From positions 1 through 64,000 of IMG/VR virus record IMGVR_UViG_3300037067_002170: DNA of 64,000 nucleotides; one strand, written 5' to 3'. A program made the position numbers and the translations under genes. Below are positions 49,501-57,865 of the stretch, piece by piece. Below the pieces are notes generated by a model. It made no database searches. It had not been told where the DNA came from and saw nothing but the letters and a program-made list of their open reading frames with translations. Positions within the stretch are counted from its first letter, which is position 1, and each line of letters starts with the position of its first letter. Origin of the DNA: an uncultured virus (IMG/VR IMGVR_UViG_3300037067_002170). Its lineage: Duplodnaviria; Heunggongvirae; Uroviricota; Caudoviricetes.

Positions 49501-49656
49501 CAATTGGATCTGTCTCGCGTGTTTCCGCCAGCACAAACAGCACCCCCACAACCAGCTGGTCCTGGCGACCAGTCAGAGAAACCACAGGCATTAGATGCGG
49601 CAGGAAGCCCCGTAGTTGGGCAAGACTCGCGCGCTTTCAATCAACCAGCACAATAG
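46594..49656 (+). CDS. Portal protein with one intein (mature about 676 aa)
   Basis: Follows TerL; GSFWGKGLPE, NNAAMASGPQ and spliced GAGN|TASGL.MLM motifs of podoviral portals. Confidence 0.9.
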   Translation: MQVIPNSEIGRMEGEQATLDGILDDTAAVGLQNSMISDYIWNCWEKAKRFKENGAEARILANMRQIDGQYDPGKLADIKKIGGSEVFMMITDAKQKNASYWVQDILFQPGQRSWGIEPSPVPELPPEVKEQIVTAIFQSLMEGLSQAAELTGQMPNEQYIQGEIASAMPEIEKAVKEEILRTARERAKDTEQSVDDKLTEGGYYSALRKMIPNCIAHTGFLKGPINKKRRIMKVVTDGEGRLTKQVTEEIYPTWESRHPLYIYPAPGSVDVNDGYLIDRVKLTPLALQDLLGVDGYDSEEIMAVLDEAESGKLFEWLPVDQDIADINEENSMISYDSDKIDCLEFWGTVRGSYLADWGLAVENESFFYNIKAYLIGSHVIGIQFNDDPMGRKPFYKDSFENKDGSFWGKGLPEVIADCQGVCNAVSRAIVNNAAMASGPQVERNIDRIPPHAREDTALIPWKVWDTTSDMMSNGKAIEFFQPPMVVEKLLQVYNAYSKIADEHSGVPGFAHGDTQVGGAGNALANYEEILTPCGPVAMGDVSVGDEVVNTYGGVSKITGVYPQGESDIFRMYFNNGEHVDCDMNHRWSVEAFDHYDRKVRTMTTAELLERGLFQKTKKTDKYPDGYRPKWALPLIDGVEFAPRDVKIDPYTLGCLIGDGTYGSRSCKLISMDQEIFDRIPYPLGKKQFRPENKSWVQSIGTITGDFRSYGLNCKSIHRFIPEDYLYNTREVRLELLRGLMDTDGTAYKTGSVRYYTSSKRLARDFKDLVNSLGANVQQIERRENGSFVIKGKKYVSKTSYSVVFNLPGEKIFHLERKQSKVITSAKPPHTFIVGVKYIGKFEATCISVDSSNELFVCKNLIVTHNTASGLNMLMSSAARGIRGLVSSLDENVIKPAVERQYVYIVDTEPNYGFICDYNIVTSGSAAALVKEQMAARRIEFMNATANPLDAQILGIEGRKYLLEETARSIQLDLSRVFPPAQTAPPQPAGPGDQSEKPQALDAAGSPVVGQDSRAFNQPAQ
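48157..49188 (+). mobile_element. Ala-start intein in portal (344 aa; class 3 WCT signature; LAGLIDADG endonuclease)
   Basis: ALANYEEILTP.G; block B NHRW; block F ATCISVD; block G IVTHN followed by Thr; LGCLIGDG and LLRGLMDTDG. Confidence 0.92.
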
Positions 49657-49667
49657 GAGGAAATAAA

Positions 49668-50129
49668 ATGGCAACAGCCGCAGCTCTTACAGTCACCACA
49701 AACAACAAATGGATGAGTCCTCATGACGATGATGTAAACGATCCTTGTCTTATTACTCTCGATTGGACATCTACTGATCTTGGTGTAGTGTCGCTTGGGG
49801 TATGCGAGGAGTACAACGATGCGTGGGCAGCAGCAGGGAAGAAGTTACCATATGTTGCTGCTATTAACGGTCGTATTTCAACAATTGAGACTATTCCTGG
49901 GGCACTCGGGGTACCGGCAACCACGCCTCCTACAGACCTCTACGACGTTACCCTATTGGATGCATATGGATATGATGTGGCAGACGGTAACCTGGCTAAT
50001 TTGTCCAGCACTTTGGCCAAAACGTTGGTGTTCGACACACCTATCGCAATCAACAGCGAAATCACCCTTACCATTTCCGCAGCTGGAGATGCAAAAAATG
50101 GTCGCATAATCATCACGGTAGTTAAATAA
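49668..50129 (+). CDS. Putative virion structural protein
   Basis: AGGAGG RBS; beta-rich Ala/Thr composition. Confidence 0.6.
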   Translation: MATAAALTVTTNNKWMSPHDDDVNDPCLITLDWTSTDLGVVSLGVCEEYNDAWAAAGKKLPYVAAINGRISTIETIPGALGVPATTPPTDLYDVTLLDAYGYDVADGNLANLSSTLAKTLVFDTPIAINSEITLTISAAGDAKNGRIIITVVK

Positions 50130-50141
50130 GGAGGACTAGCA

Positions 50142-51389
50142 ATGGCAGCAGGAACCGGAGTAGGTATCACCTACAAGACCTTCAAGGAACGGGGATCCAC
50201 GCCCTCGACCCCTACAGCCACGTATCATCGACTTTATTACAAGGAAGACGGAAAACTCTACACCATTAACTCTGCCGGATATGAGGAGATGGTGGGTTCT
50301 AGCGTTAATCTCGACTACCAAAACTCAGTCAAAGCGATTGCAACCGCCACTAGCGTTCCCCCAACCGAAGTCGCTGGGGACCGCTATCTCATCAGCGCTA
50401 CTGGAACCCCACATGCCAACTGGGATGGTGCGTTAAATAACGACATTGTTGAATTCGATGGTATCGTGTGGATTGCTACACATCCAACCGAGGGTATGTA
50501 TACAGAAGTAGAAGCTCTTGACACCATATATATATACCTCACTTCTTGGGCTGCATGGCAGAATCAGGCGACAACAACAACCTCAAGTGTCACCTTCGCA
50601 AACCTCACCCTTGGTGACTCAGGAATTATGACTTGGGACAACGCCCCCGCCGCTAACAACGGCTTCTCTGGTGATGTAGAATCAGTCACAGCGGGTGAAA
50701 CAGTAGCCCTCAGTAATGTCCTATACGAGAAATCTGACGGGGAGTGGTATCTTGCAGACGCAGACGCCTCATCTACTATGCCAGCAATGAGAATGGCCGT
50801 AGGCGCAGGGACAGATGGTAATGCGGTAAGCACTATAACTCGTGGGGTGGTCCGCTATGACTCATGGACGTGGACTGTTGGCGCACCCATCTACGTAAGC
50901 ACCACAGGGACGACCACAAATACTCTGACTCAAACGGCTCCCTCTGGCGATGGAGATCAGATTCAAATAGTCGGCTATGCTTTATCGGCTACGGTGATGT
51001 ACTTCAATCCATCTCCCGTAGTGGTCGAGATTGGTCTGGATATAGTAGACCTCGGCACAGCAACTCCTTCAACAATCACCTTCGCAGAGATGACAGCTAT
51101 CCCTAAGACTTGGATGGCTAACCATAGTAGCGATCAGACAATCACCTTTGCGGCTCCTGTAGCTGCGGACGTTGGGAAGCGGTTCACTATTGTCAAGAAC
51201 GGGACAGGCGCAGGGAAACTAATCCTCGATGCTCCTGCCGACGTGTATCTGCATAGCGCTAGTTTTAGCTCTGCCGCCAGTGGTACAGCTTACCTTGCCG
51301 CAAGTGCCTACGGAAGCATGACGTGGCTAGTGACATCTGCTACGACCCTTCAACTACTCACCGCAGATGGCTCTGTGACGTTCACGTAA
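50142..51389 (+). CDS. Putative fibre/decoration protein (DUF2793-like plus capsid-cement-like segments)
   Basis: PP....GDRYLI.......W.G....I..F.G..W....P.EG pattern, then AGETV....VLY...DG.WYLADA. Confidence 0.65.
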   Translation: MAAGTGVGITYKTFKERGSTPSTPTATYHRLYYKEDGKLYTINSAGYEEMVGSSVNLDYQNSVKAIATATSVPPTEVAGDRYLISATGTPHANWDGALNNDIVEFDGIVWIATHPTEGMYTEVEALDTIYIYLTSWAAWQNQATTTTSSVTFANLTLGDSGIMTWDNAPAANNGFSGDVESVTAGETVALSNVLYEKSDGEWYLADADASSTMPAMRMAVGAGTDGNAVSTITRGVVRYDSWTWTVGAPIYVSTTGTTTNTLTQTAPSGDGDQIQIVGYALSATVMYFNPSPVVVEIGLDIVDLGTATPSTITFAEMTAIPKTWMANHSSDQTITFAAPVAADVGKRFTIVKNGTGAGKLILDAPADVYLHSASFSSAASGTAYLAASAYGSMTWLVTSATTLQLLTADGSVTFT

Positions 51390-51398
51390 GGAGGCGAT

Positions 51399-52049
51399 AT
51401 GGCTACAGGAACACTTATACATGGAGTCCCTACAACACTACCCATCCCAGGTATCCAGATTGGGACAGGGGCAGACAAGGCAGTTATATCTAGCAGTGGA
51501 GTAATCACATGGGAGGGCACAGCCAAGCGTACCCTTACGATGCGTCCCTTCTTGGAGTTTACGATACTTAAACAAACCACAAAGCCCACAAGCGTCCCAG
51601 TTGGGTTGTTCCAGTCGTATTCCATGCCTATCTACAATGTGGATAATGAGGAGCTGTTCTTCCGCATGAGAGTTCCCTATCGTTGGGATGGGACTACTAA
51701 CCCTTATTTCAGGATGATAGTAGCTCTTGCTGACGCCGAAGATATAGGCGACAAGTTTCAGTTCCAGTTTAGCTGGAACAACGTCTCAGTTACTGGGGTT
51801 ATTCCAGTTGACTCCCATGATGTGCCTGTGGAGACTACGGTTATTGCTGACCATGTGGCTCAGTATTCTACATATTCAGTATCGTTTGAGTTAGACCTTG
51901 ATGTAGCTGACCCTCACATGACTTCAAGAGACAACTTGGTAGGTAGGCTCCGGCGCATTGCTGCAAGTGGTAGTGAAGTTAGTAACGAGATATTAGTTCT
52001 CGATTGGATAACCTGCTGGACTGTAGACAAAATATACGGATCATTCTAA
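51399..52049 (+). CDS. Putative virion structural protein (beta-sandwich)
   Basis: AAGGAGG RBS; MATGTLIHG N-terminus shared with 52806. Confidence 0.6.
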   Translation: MATGTLIHGVPTTLPIPGIQIGTGADKAVISSSGVITWEGTAKRTLTMRPFLEFTILKQTTKPTSVPVGLFQSYSMPIYNVDNEELFFRMRVPYRWDGTTNPYFRMIVALADAEDIGDKFQFQFSWNNVSVTGVIPVDSHDVPVETTVIADHVAQYSTYSVSFELDLDVADPHMTSRDNLVGRLRRIAASGSEVSNEILVLDWITCWTVDKIYGSF

Positions 52050-52059
52050 GGATAGCGAT

Positions 52060-52794
52060 ATGATAGTTAAAACTATAGGACAAAAAGGCAGGTTGAGCAT
52101 ACCAACTGTAATCCCCGGCACAAGTACAGGACTACGCATCTCCGCTGTGGACTTAGCAGCCTTCCTCGATAACGATGTCGCTATTGCTCAGTACGCAGAT
52201 GGCCGTTCACGTATCAGGATATATGATGCCAGCTTGAGGTACTGCGAGGCGATACTGGGCAGCGTGGGGACGGGGGAAACGTACGGAACAAACTTTTTTA
52301 CTACGTTAGATTTTACTGTCGGTTGGACCGGCTCGGGGACGGCTGTTGATGCTGACAGTTTTTCTTCTGCCGCAGTCGGGGGACTTGAAAAGACAAACTT
52401 ACTTACTGCCTACGCCCTATATAAATGTGCTCTAAACGCATCTACAACAGCTAGTGGCTGTGCATTAAAGAATACGTCAAGTTCCGCAACATACGCAACG
52501 TCAATTGGAGCCGATGCGAAATATACTACGTGTCTATCAACAAACTTAGGATTGTATTTCCGTAATGACTCGGCAGGTCAAACGGACGTAAACAAGGGTA
52601 CGTCTTTACTATATACCGTCCTAACCCCCACATCCAACGGCTGCACTCTCAAGAACGCAGCAGGGGCGCAGAGCTTCATCAGTAAGGACGCCAACTTCAC
52701 GTATAATGCAGCGTCCTATACATACAAGATATTCACCAACAGGCGCATAGTAAACCCCCGCAGCATCATGGGCGTGAACACCTTTAGGAATTAA
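52060..52794 (+). CDS. Putative receptor-binding/fibre accessory protein
   Basis: Shares split N- and C-terminal motifs with 53221-54732. Confidence 0.55.
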   Translation: MIVKTIGQKGRLSIPTVIPGTSTGLRISAVDLAAFLDNDVAIAQYADGRSRIRIYDASLRYCEAILGSVGTGETYGTNFFTTLDFTVGWTGSGTAVDADSFSSAAVGGLEKTNLLTAYALYKCALNASTTASGCALKNTSSSATYATSIGADAKYTTCLSTNLGLYFRNDSAGQTDVNKGTSLLYTVLTPTSNGCTLKNAAGAQSFISKDANFTYNAASYTYKIFTNRRIVNPRSIMGVNTFRN

Positions 52795-52805
52795 GGAGGC
52801 CAATA

Positions 52806-53219
52806 ATGGCAACTGGAACAGCTATACACGGATTCCCAAAGTCGGGAGGGGCACTGACTGACCTGAACGCCGGGTTACTCACATACAAGATGGTGCTTGT
52901 AACGGACTCTGAAACGGGAACCCTAGACGCCGCCAATATGTACGGGCAGGTCCATCGGGTAACGGGGAATTACACGCTCACCCTTCCGACGGGTGCAGCG
53001 GGAATGAGCGCTACATTCCGGGCGACTACGGCCTCTACCTACTCTATTAAAGCTGGAGAAACCGATAATTTCATCCTTCTGGGAACGGCGCTTAATGATG
53101 CAGACAAGATAACCTCTATGGGTGGTGCTGGGGATACCGTCTCGATCTATTGGGACGATACAGTGAGCGCATGGATAGCGGATAGTATGAATGTCCTCTT
53201 TACGGATGGAGGAGCGTAA
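52806..53219 (+). CDS. Putative fibre-related structural protein
   Basis: AAGGAGG RBS; TLTLP..AAGM...F motif common in phage fibre C-terminal domains. Confidence 0.6.
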   Translation: MATGTAIHGFPKSGGALTDLNAGLLTYKMVLVTDSETGTLDAANMYGQVHRVTGNYTLTLPTGAAGMSATFRATTASTYSIKAGETDNFILLGTALNDADKITSMGGAGDTVSIYWDDTVSAWIADSMNVLFTDGGA

Positions 53220-53220
53220 G

Positions 53221-54732
53221 ATGCTTGGGATGATGACAATGCCGAGTAGTATCCCTGTCTACAAGGCTGTTGGGCAGACTTTGAGAATGGGAATGGGGGT
53301 TCAGTCGGGGGGTAATAAGTATGGGTTTTATTTCATATGGCATCCCACTACTGATTTAAGCGGTTTTGCGTGTCCAGAAGTAGATCCTGTATTTATTCCA
53401 GTAGAGTCTGGGGCTATCGACTCTAATGCTCAATACACTAACCCCTACTATTGGGTAAACGACTACAATCCAGAAGAATCGGTAGGCACAGGGCATTTTG
53501 TACCCGTACCCTGGTTATGCCGTCCGAACCTGAAAGATGGTGAAGCGTTCCTTGATATGACCGGAAAGAATATGACGGACTATGCCGGTGATGATGTGGG
53601 TTCTACTCCATATCGTATAGAGTTGTTCGATAGTAGTGATAACTGCGCAAAAGGATTTATCGGGGCGGCAGGGACGGAATACACCCTTGGCGAAGAACTG
53701 ATAACCGGATGGACAGAAGTTAAAGAAGGCACTTGGGAGTTCGCTACGCTAACCACGGATGGTAAAGATATAGACGTAATGGAAATCAATTATCCCACGT
53801 CTGGGGGTACTGCCGGACAGTGTAGATCTAACGCGCTATCACTTTCTGCGGGGAAAGTGTATAGGGTATATTTTGACGCTACTAGGGAGGGAGGCGATGC
53901 TCGCCCAGAAGTACATATAGGTACATCTGTTGGACCCACCGGAGCAGGTACTTATAGGATAGCTTATGTGGGGTATGGAAGTAACTATCTTGAGTTTACT
54001 GCTACGGCTGCTGACGTAACCGCAGGGTATCTATGGTTTGTGCTCCCCGGTAATGCACGGTGGACAGGCATGGCAGTCTCCATGAAGGAAAAAACTGAGC
54101 CGGTAGTAACGCTTGGCGGTGTGCATATTGTTTCCGCAGACGGCGGTTCTACTCGTAACTGGACTTTAATAGATGGTTCATTCAACGCTCACGCTATTTA
54201 CTCCTTCAAGATTTACAATCACGACGATGTAGGTCTCCCTGCTTACCGATTCAGAGTCCAAGTACGTGATCCAGCTAACAACAAATGGGCGAGAGGATGG
54301 ATAGGGGGAACGGGTGGCAGCAATCCTTTTATAAGCCATGTGGTTACTGTACAGAACATCAGCAAGGCTAACCCAGGGGTAGTTACAGCAATCGGGACTC
54401 CCCCTTTTTCGGCAGGCCAACTTGCGTATTTTACGGGTCTGCAAGAGATGACGGAATTAAATGGTAGATATCTAACTATTGGAGCTAATGTTGGAGAATC
54501 TATAGATGGGTGGTGCTTAGACCATAACTTAATTGACACGAGTAGCTTTGGAACCGCAGAAACCTCCGATACCACGAGCAGTCTCATGTATTGGGATTGT
54601 AACGAAACTGGTCTGGATGTGTACAACAGCAAAACCGCACCTGAGACTTCCTCTAAGGGATGGGAATCTGTTGATGCTGGTTTCGACCCCAACCGTACCG
54701 ACTACGAAGTATATATAACCTTGGAGAGATAA
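53221..54732 (+). CDS. Putative receptor-binding protein with nested repeated domain
   Basis: GGAGG RBS; two copies of the 52060-type domain; ISKANPGVVT...GLQEMTELNG segment seen in phage tail proteins. Confidence 0.6.
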   Translation: MLGMMTMPSSIPVYKAVGQTLRMGMGVQSGGNKYGFYFIWHPTTDLSGFACPEVDPVFIPVESGAIDSNAQYTNPYYWVNDYNPEESVGTGHFVPVPWLCRPNLKDGEAFLDMTGKNMTDYAGDDVGSTPYRIELFDSSDNCAKGFIGAAGTEYTLGEELITGWTEVKEGTWEFATLTTDGKDIDVMEINYPTSGGTAGQCRSNALSLSAGKVYRVYFDATREGGDARPEVHIGTSVGPTGAGTYRIAYVGYGSNYLEFTATAADVTAGYLWFVLPGNARWTGMAVSMKEKTEPVVTLGGVHIVSADGGSTRNWTLIDGSFNAHAIYSFKIYNHDDVGLPAYRFRVQVRDPANNKWARGWIGGTGGSNPFISHVVTVQNISKANPGVVTAIGTPPFSAGQLAYFTGLQEMTELNGRYLTIGANVGESIDGWCLDHNLIDTSSFGTAETSDTTSSLMYWDCNETGLDVYNSKTAPETSSKGWESVDAGFDPNRTDYEVYITLER

Positions 54733-54734
54733 CA

Positions 54735-55076
54735 ATGAGCATCTTCAGCCCAACGCTAGGAGAACTAGTCAACACTTACAACCACGCATCTGACTCGGTA
54801 TCGGAGGAGACTGATAACGTAGTTGATTTGGACATCACCGTGCGGGTGAGGCTGTTTGGTAGGAGCGAGGACAAGAAGTGGGCATGGAATCAGTTGTGCG
54901 ATAGTCCTGTCCAGTGGGCCACGATTGCAACTGATCCACCTCAGATATTCGGAGACTTGCGGGAAGTGGACGGGGAGTTGTTTGTGAACGTGGCAATGCT
55001 TGGGCATGAGTTGGTTCATGTCTTGAGATTGAAAGATAAGAGGATTAAAGACCCTGACACCTATGAGGGTTTGTAA
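54735..55076 (+). CDS. Small HExxH protein
   Basis: LGHELVHVL motif; GGAG RBS. Confidence 0.55.
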   Translation: MSIFSPTLGELVNTYNHASDSVSEETDNVVDLDITVRVRLFGRSEDKKWAWNQLCDSPVQWATIATDPPQIFGDLREVDGELFVNVAMLGHELVHVLRLKDKRIKDPDTYEGL

Positions 55077-55113
55077 TACAGCACCGCCACTAAGATTGAG
55101 GAGTAATGACAAC

Positions 55114-55365
55114 ATGGAGGATAAACGCGCAAACGGAATAGGAGAAAGCACGCTTACAATTAAATGGTGGGGCGTTCTTATAGTTATCATTACGTTCCTT
55201 GGCTGGATAACCCTTTCTGTAACTGCTCAAGAAACGCGAATAACAAAAATAGAGACCCAGTTTACATATATATCGCAATCTTTAAGTGAGGTAAAACAAT
55301 TGACAGGAGAGATACGCCTAGATCAACTTAGGCGATACAGGGAAGAGGCAAATAAAGCAAGATAA
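55114..55365 (+). CDS. Holin/anti-holin-like membrane protein
   Basis: One TM helix plus coiled coil (ETRITKIE); upstream of endolysin. Confidence 0.55.
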   Translation: MEDKRANGIGESTLTIKWWGVLIVIITFLGWITLSVTAQETRITKIETQFTYISQSLSEVKQLTGEIRLDQLRRYREEANKAR

Positions 55366-55485
55366 TGTGGTGGATGGCCTACAAAATCATCCCCGTTCCC
55401 CACGCCTTCGTTCTCCCCTGGCTGATATGGTGGCTCCCTTTTATGGTAGATGAACGCATGGCGAAAAAGCAGTTGAGGTTTATCA

Positions 55486-55971
55486 ATGGCAAATGACAAG
55501 TTGAAAAAGATGATTAAGCGGCATGAGGGATATTCTAATCACGTCTATCTCTGTCCGGCTGGCAAACGGACTATCGGGTGGGGATGGAATATAGACGCTC
55601 ACCCTCTCCCGAAGCCCATGCAGGTTTATCTTGACACTTGGGGATACCTGTTGCCGGAACATTGTGAGCAACTTCTTGATATGGCTATCGGACTGGCAAC
55701 TATTGATTGTAAGCGGCTGTACCCCAACTTCTCCGGGTTCACTGAGAACAGGCAGAACGCTCTTGTGGATTTTGTGTTCAATGTAGGTGTGGGAACGGCC
55801 AGGACATTTAAGAACACCAACAGGGCTATCAACGAAGGCCGGTGGGATGACGCAGCGGAAGGGCTTAGAAAATCCCTCTACTGGAAGCAGTTGGGCGGCG
55901 ATCCTCCCGGAACAGATGATGGAAAGCTTGAACGACCCGAAGAAGTAGCGAAGTTGCTAAGGGATGGATAA
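55486..55971 (+). CDS. Endolysin, phage lysozyme (GH24-like)
   Basis: IKRHEG....VYLCPAGKRTIGWG; ALVDFVFNVG. Confidence 0.9.
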   Translation: MANDKLKKMIKRHEGYSNHVYLCPAGKRTIGWGWNIDAHPLPKPMQVYLDTWGYLLPEHCEQLLDMAIGLATIDCKRLYPNFSGFTENRQNALVDFVFNVGVGTARTFKNTNRAINEGRWDDAAEGLRKSLYWKQLGGDPPGTDDGKLERPEEVAKLLRDG

Positions 55972-56369
55972 TGGCTAAATTCCTATCGTACTTGGTCATC
56001 AAGGACATTACGGACGACATTTGGGAGCTTCACGAACCCCTTATCTACGAATCCGACATTTTGGGTCGCATAGAGGTTCCTGTGGGCTTTCAGACGGACT
56101 TGGCATCTGTCCCGAAGGTTCCCCTTGTCTATGAGGCATGGGGCAACAGGAGTCATTACGAGGCCGTTATCCATGACTGGCTGTACCGGATCGACAGCGT
56201 TCCCCAAGCAACTTTCGATCAGGCCAACGATGTTTTTCTTGAGGCGATGGAAGTAAGGGGGAAGCCGTGGTATATCAGAAAGCCGATGTATTGGGGAGTC
56301 TGCATAGGGGGTAGATCAAGCTATCATAAAAGGAAGGTGGGAGAATGTTTGACGGAAATGCATGGATAA
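55971..56369 (+). CDS. DUF1353 family protein
   Basis: VPVGFQTDLASVP; AVIHDWLY; A..VFLEAM. Confidence 0.85.
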   Translation: MAKFLSYLVIKDITDDIWELHEPLIYESDILGRIEVPVGFQTDLASVPKVPLVYEAWGNRSHYEAVIHDWLYRIDSVPQATFDQANDVFLEAMEVRGKPWYIRKPMYWGVCIGGRSSYHKRKVGECLTEMHG

Positions 56370-56504
56370 ATGAAACTGATTGGCAAGAATTGGGTGCTGT
56401 TAATCCTGCTTTACAATATCCTTGCTGTTGTGTTCCCTGATGCCCAATGGCTGAAAAGATTAGGCGATGCCTTTGCTGACAGGTTCCCGGTGTTCAAGAA
56501 GTAG
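56370..56504 (+). CDS. 44-aa membrane peptide, possible holin (not in the ORF track)
   Basis: MKLIGKNWVLLILLYNILAVVFP...FKK; abuts the DUF1353 stop. Confidence 0.55.
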   Translation: MKLIGKNWVLLILLYNILAVVFPDAQWLKRLGDAFADRFPVFKK

Positions 56505-56568
56505 CAAAACCCCTGCGCCTCTCAACGATGCGAAATTCAGGGGGTCTTTAGAAAGGCGGTGATCCGAC

Positions 56569-56625
56569 ATGGGGTGTAAAAAAGGTGGAAAGGGTAAGGG
56601 CTCTAAGGGCGGCAAAGGCAAATAG
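56569..56625 (+). CDS. 18-aa Gly/Lys micropeptide MGCKKGGKGKGSKGGKGK
   Basis: Preceded by AAGGCGGTGATCC, a 12/13 match to the complement of the 16S rRNA 3' end. Confidence 0.55.
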   Translation: MGCKKGGKGKGSKGGKGK

Positions 56626-56630
56626 TTGTA

Positions 56631-56662
56631 TATTGACATCTAATAGAACGTATGTTCTATAG
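56631..56662 (+). promoter_or_regulatory. Promoter of head operon with palindromic operator ATAGAAC-GTAT-GTTCTAT
   Basis: TTGACA at 56633; TATTGACATCTA identical to the TerS promoter; palindrome at 56643-56660. Confidence 0.6.
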
Positions 56663-56676
56663 CAACACAGGATTAT

Positions 56677-56922
56677 ATGAAAAATATATCAAAAGAAGTA
56701 GCCAAGGCGCTCGACACATTATCTGGATCTAAAGAGTTCCAGGTGTTTGTATCGTTCATTGAGGACGATCTTCGCAAGTTGCAAGCCGCCTCTGCTACGA
56801 TGCTAGATGACACATTACTCCGTTGGAACCAAGGCCGCTGTCAGGTGTTACAAGAGCAACTAGACATTATTGCCAATTCACGTTCCAACCTGGAGAAATT
56901 AATTAAAGCGGAACACAGATAG
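56677..56922 (+). CDS. Small head-module protein (Bbp19-like, usually portal-adjacent)
   Basis: LRWNQGRCQVL motif; precedes the scaffold gene. Confidence 0.6.
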   Translation: MKNISKEVAKALDTLSGSKEFQVFVSFIEDDLRKLQAASATMLDDTLLRWNQGRCQVLQEQLDIIANSRSNLEKLIKAEHR

Positions 56923-56966
56923 CTCCGCGAAACCGGGAAGACGAAAGCTCCCAGAAAGGTGACACA

Positions 56967-57851
56967 ATGGATTTAGACAAGATGGAACAAGAGATCGACG
57001 AGCTGCACAAAGAGGCATACGGAACAGACGACGCTCAGGGTGCCGACGATGTAAACGATAGCGACGATCTTGGATCAGAAGGTGATGATGAACCTGAGGT
57101 TAAAAAAGAAGAGGACTTCAAGCATAAATACGAAGTTCTTCAGGGGAAGTACAACGCTGAGATGGGGCGCATGAACGAGTTGCTTTCTGCAACGCTTTCA
57201 GAACGCGCAAAGGTTGACACTGGAAAGGACGATACGTTTAGCGACGGATCGGACGACGAGGAAGATCTTATCACCCAACTCAAAGAAGAGTTCCCCACAA
57301 TAGCCAAGGGCGTTGAAGCCTTCATGAAAAAAGAAATTAAGGCTAAGTTGGCACCATCAGAGAGCAGGATTAACGAGCTAGCTGAGGCAACTAATACTGT
57401 TGTCGTCAACGATTATCTCGAAGCACTCGATGGAGCAATGTCACAATGGAGGGGGATTAGGGAAAAACCAGAATTTGTACAATGGCTTGGGCAGCAAGAT
57501 CGCTATACTGGGCAGACCAAGTTGAGTCTGCTCCAGAACGCTGATGCTAGACGCAATGTAAAAGCCGTTGCAGCCTTCTATGAGGACTTTGCTCGTGAGA
57601 GTGGGTTGCTCAACGATGAGGGCGCAAATGATAATGGTGCCGATACTCCTCCGCCGCCTAAAAAGAATATGGCCCCCTCTACATCCCAAAACCTGGCACC
57701 CTCTACGGGATCAAAGGGAACAATCACACGAGCTGAAATAACTCAATTCTATAGAGATCGCGCCTTGGGTAAGTACAGTGGATCAGAAGAGGACGCAGCG
57801 AAAGCTGAGGGTCGCATCATGAAGGCTGTACGTGAGGGTAAGGTCCGATAG
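56967..57851 (+). CDS. Capsid scaffolding protein
   Basis: Acidic coiled-coil; KYEVLQGKYNAE; C-terminal I.KA.REG.V; directly upstream of the capsid gene. Confidence 0.8.
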   Translation: MDLDKMEQEIDELHKEAYGTDDAQGADDVNDSDDLGSEGDDEPEVKKEEDFKHKYEVLQGKYNAEMGRMNELLSATLSERAKVDTGKDDTFSDGSDDEEDLITQLKEEFPTIAKGVEAFMKKEIKAKLAPSESRINELAEATNTVVVNDYLEALDGAMSQWRGIREKPEFVQWLGQQDRYTGQTKLSLLQNADARRNVKAVAAFYEDFARESGLLNDEGANDNGADTPPPPKKNMAPSTSQNLAPSTGSKGTITRAEITQFYRDRALGKYSGSEEDAAKAEGRIMKAVREGKVR

Positions 57852-57865
57852 AGAGGACAATAACA

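Noticed and set aside
49668..54732. Diversity-generating retroelement acting on fibre genes
   Set aside because: No reverse transcriptase and no nucleotide-level TR/VR pair noticed; similarities are only at the protein level.
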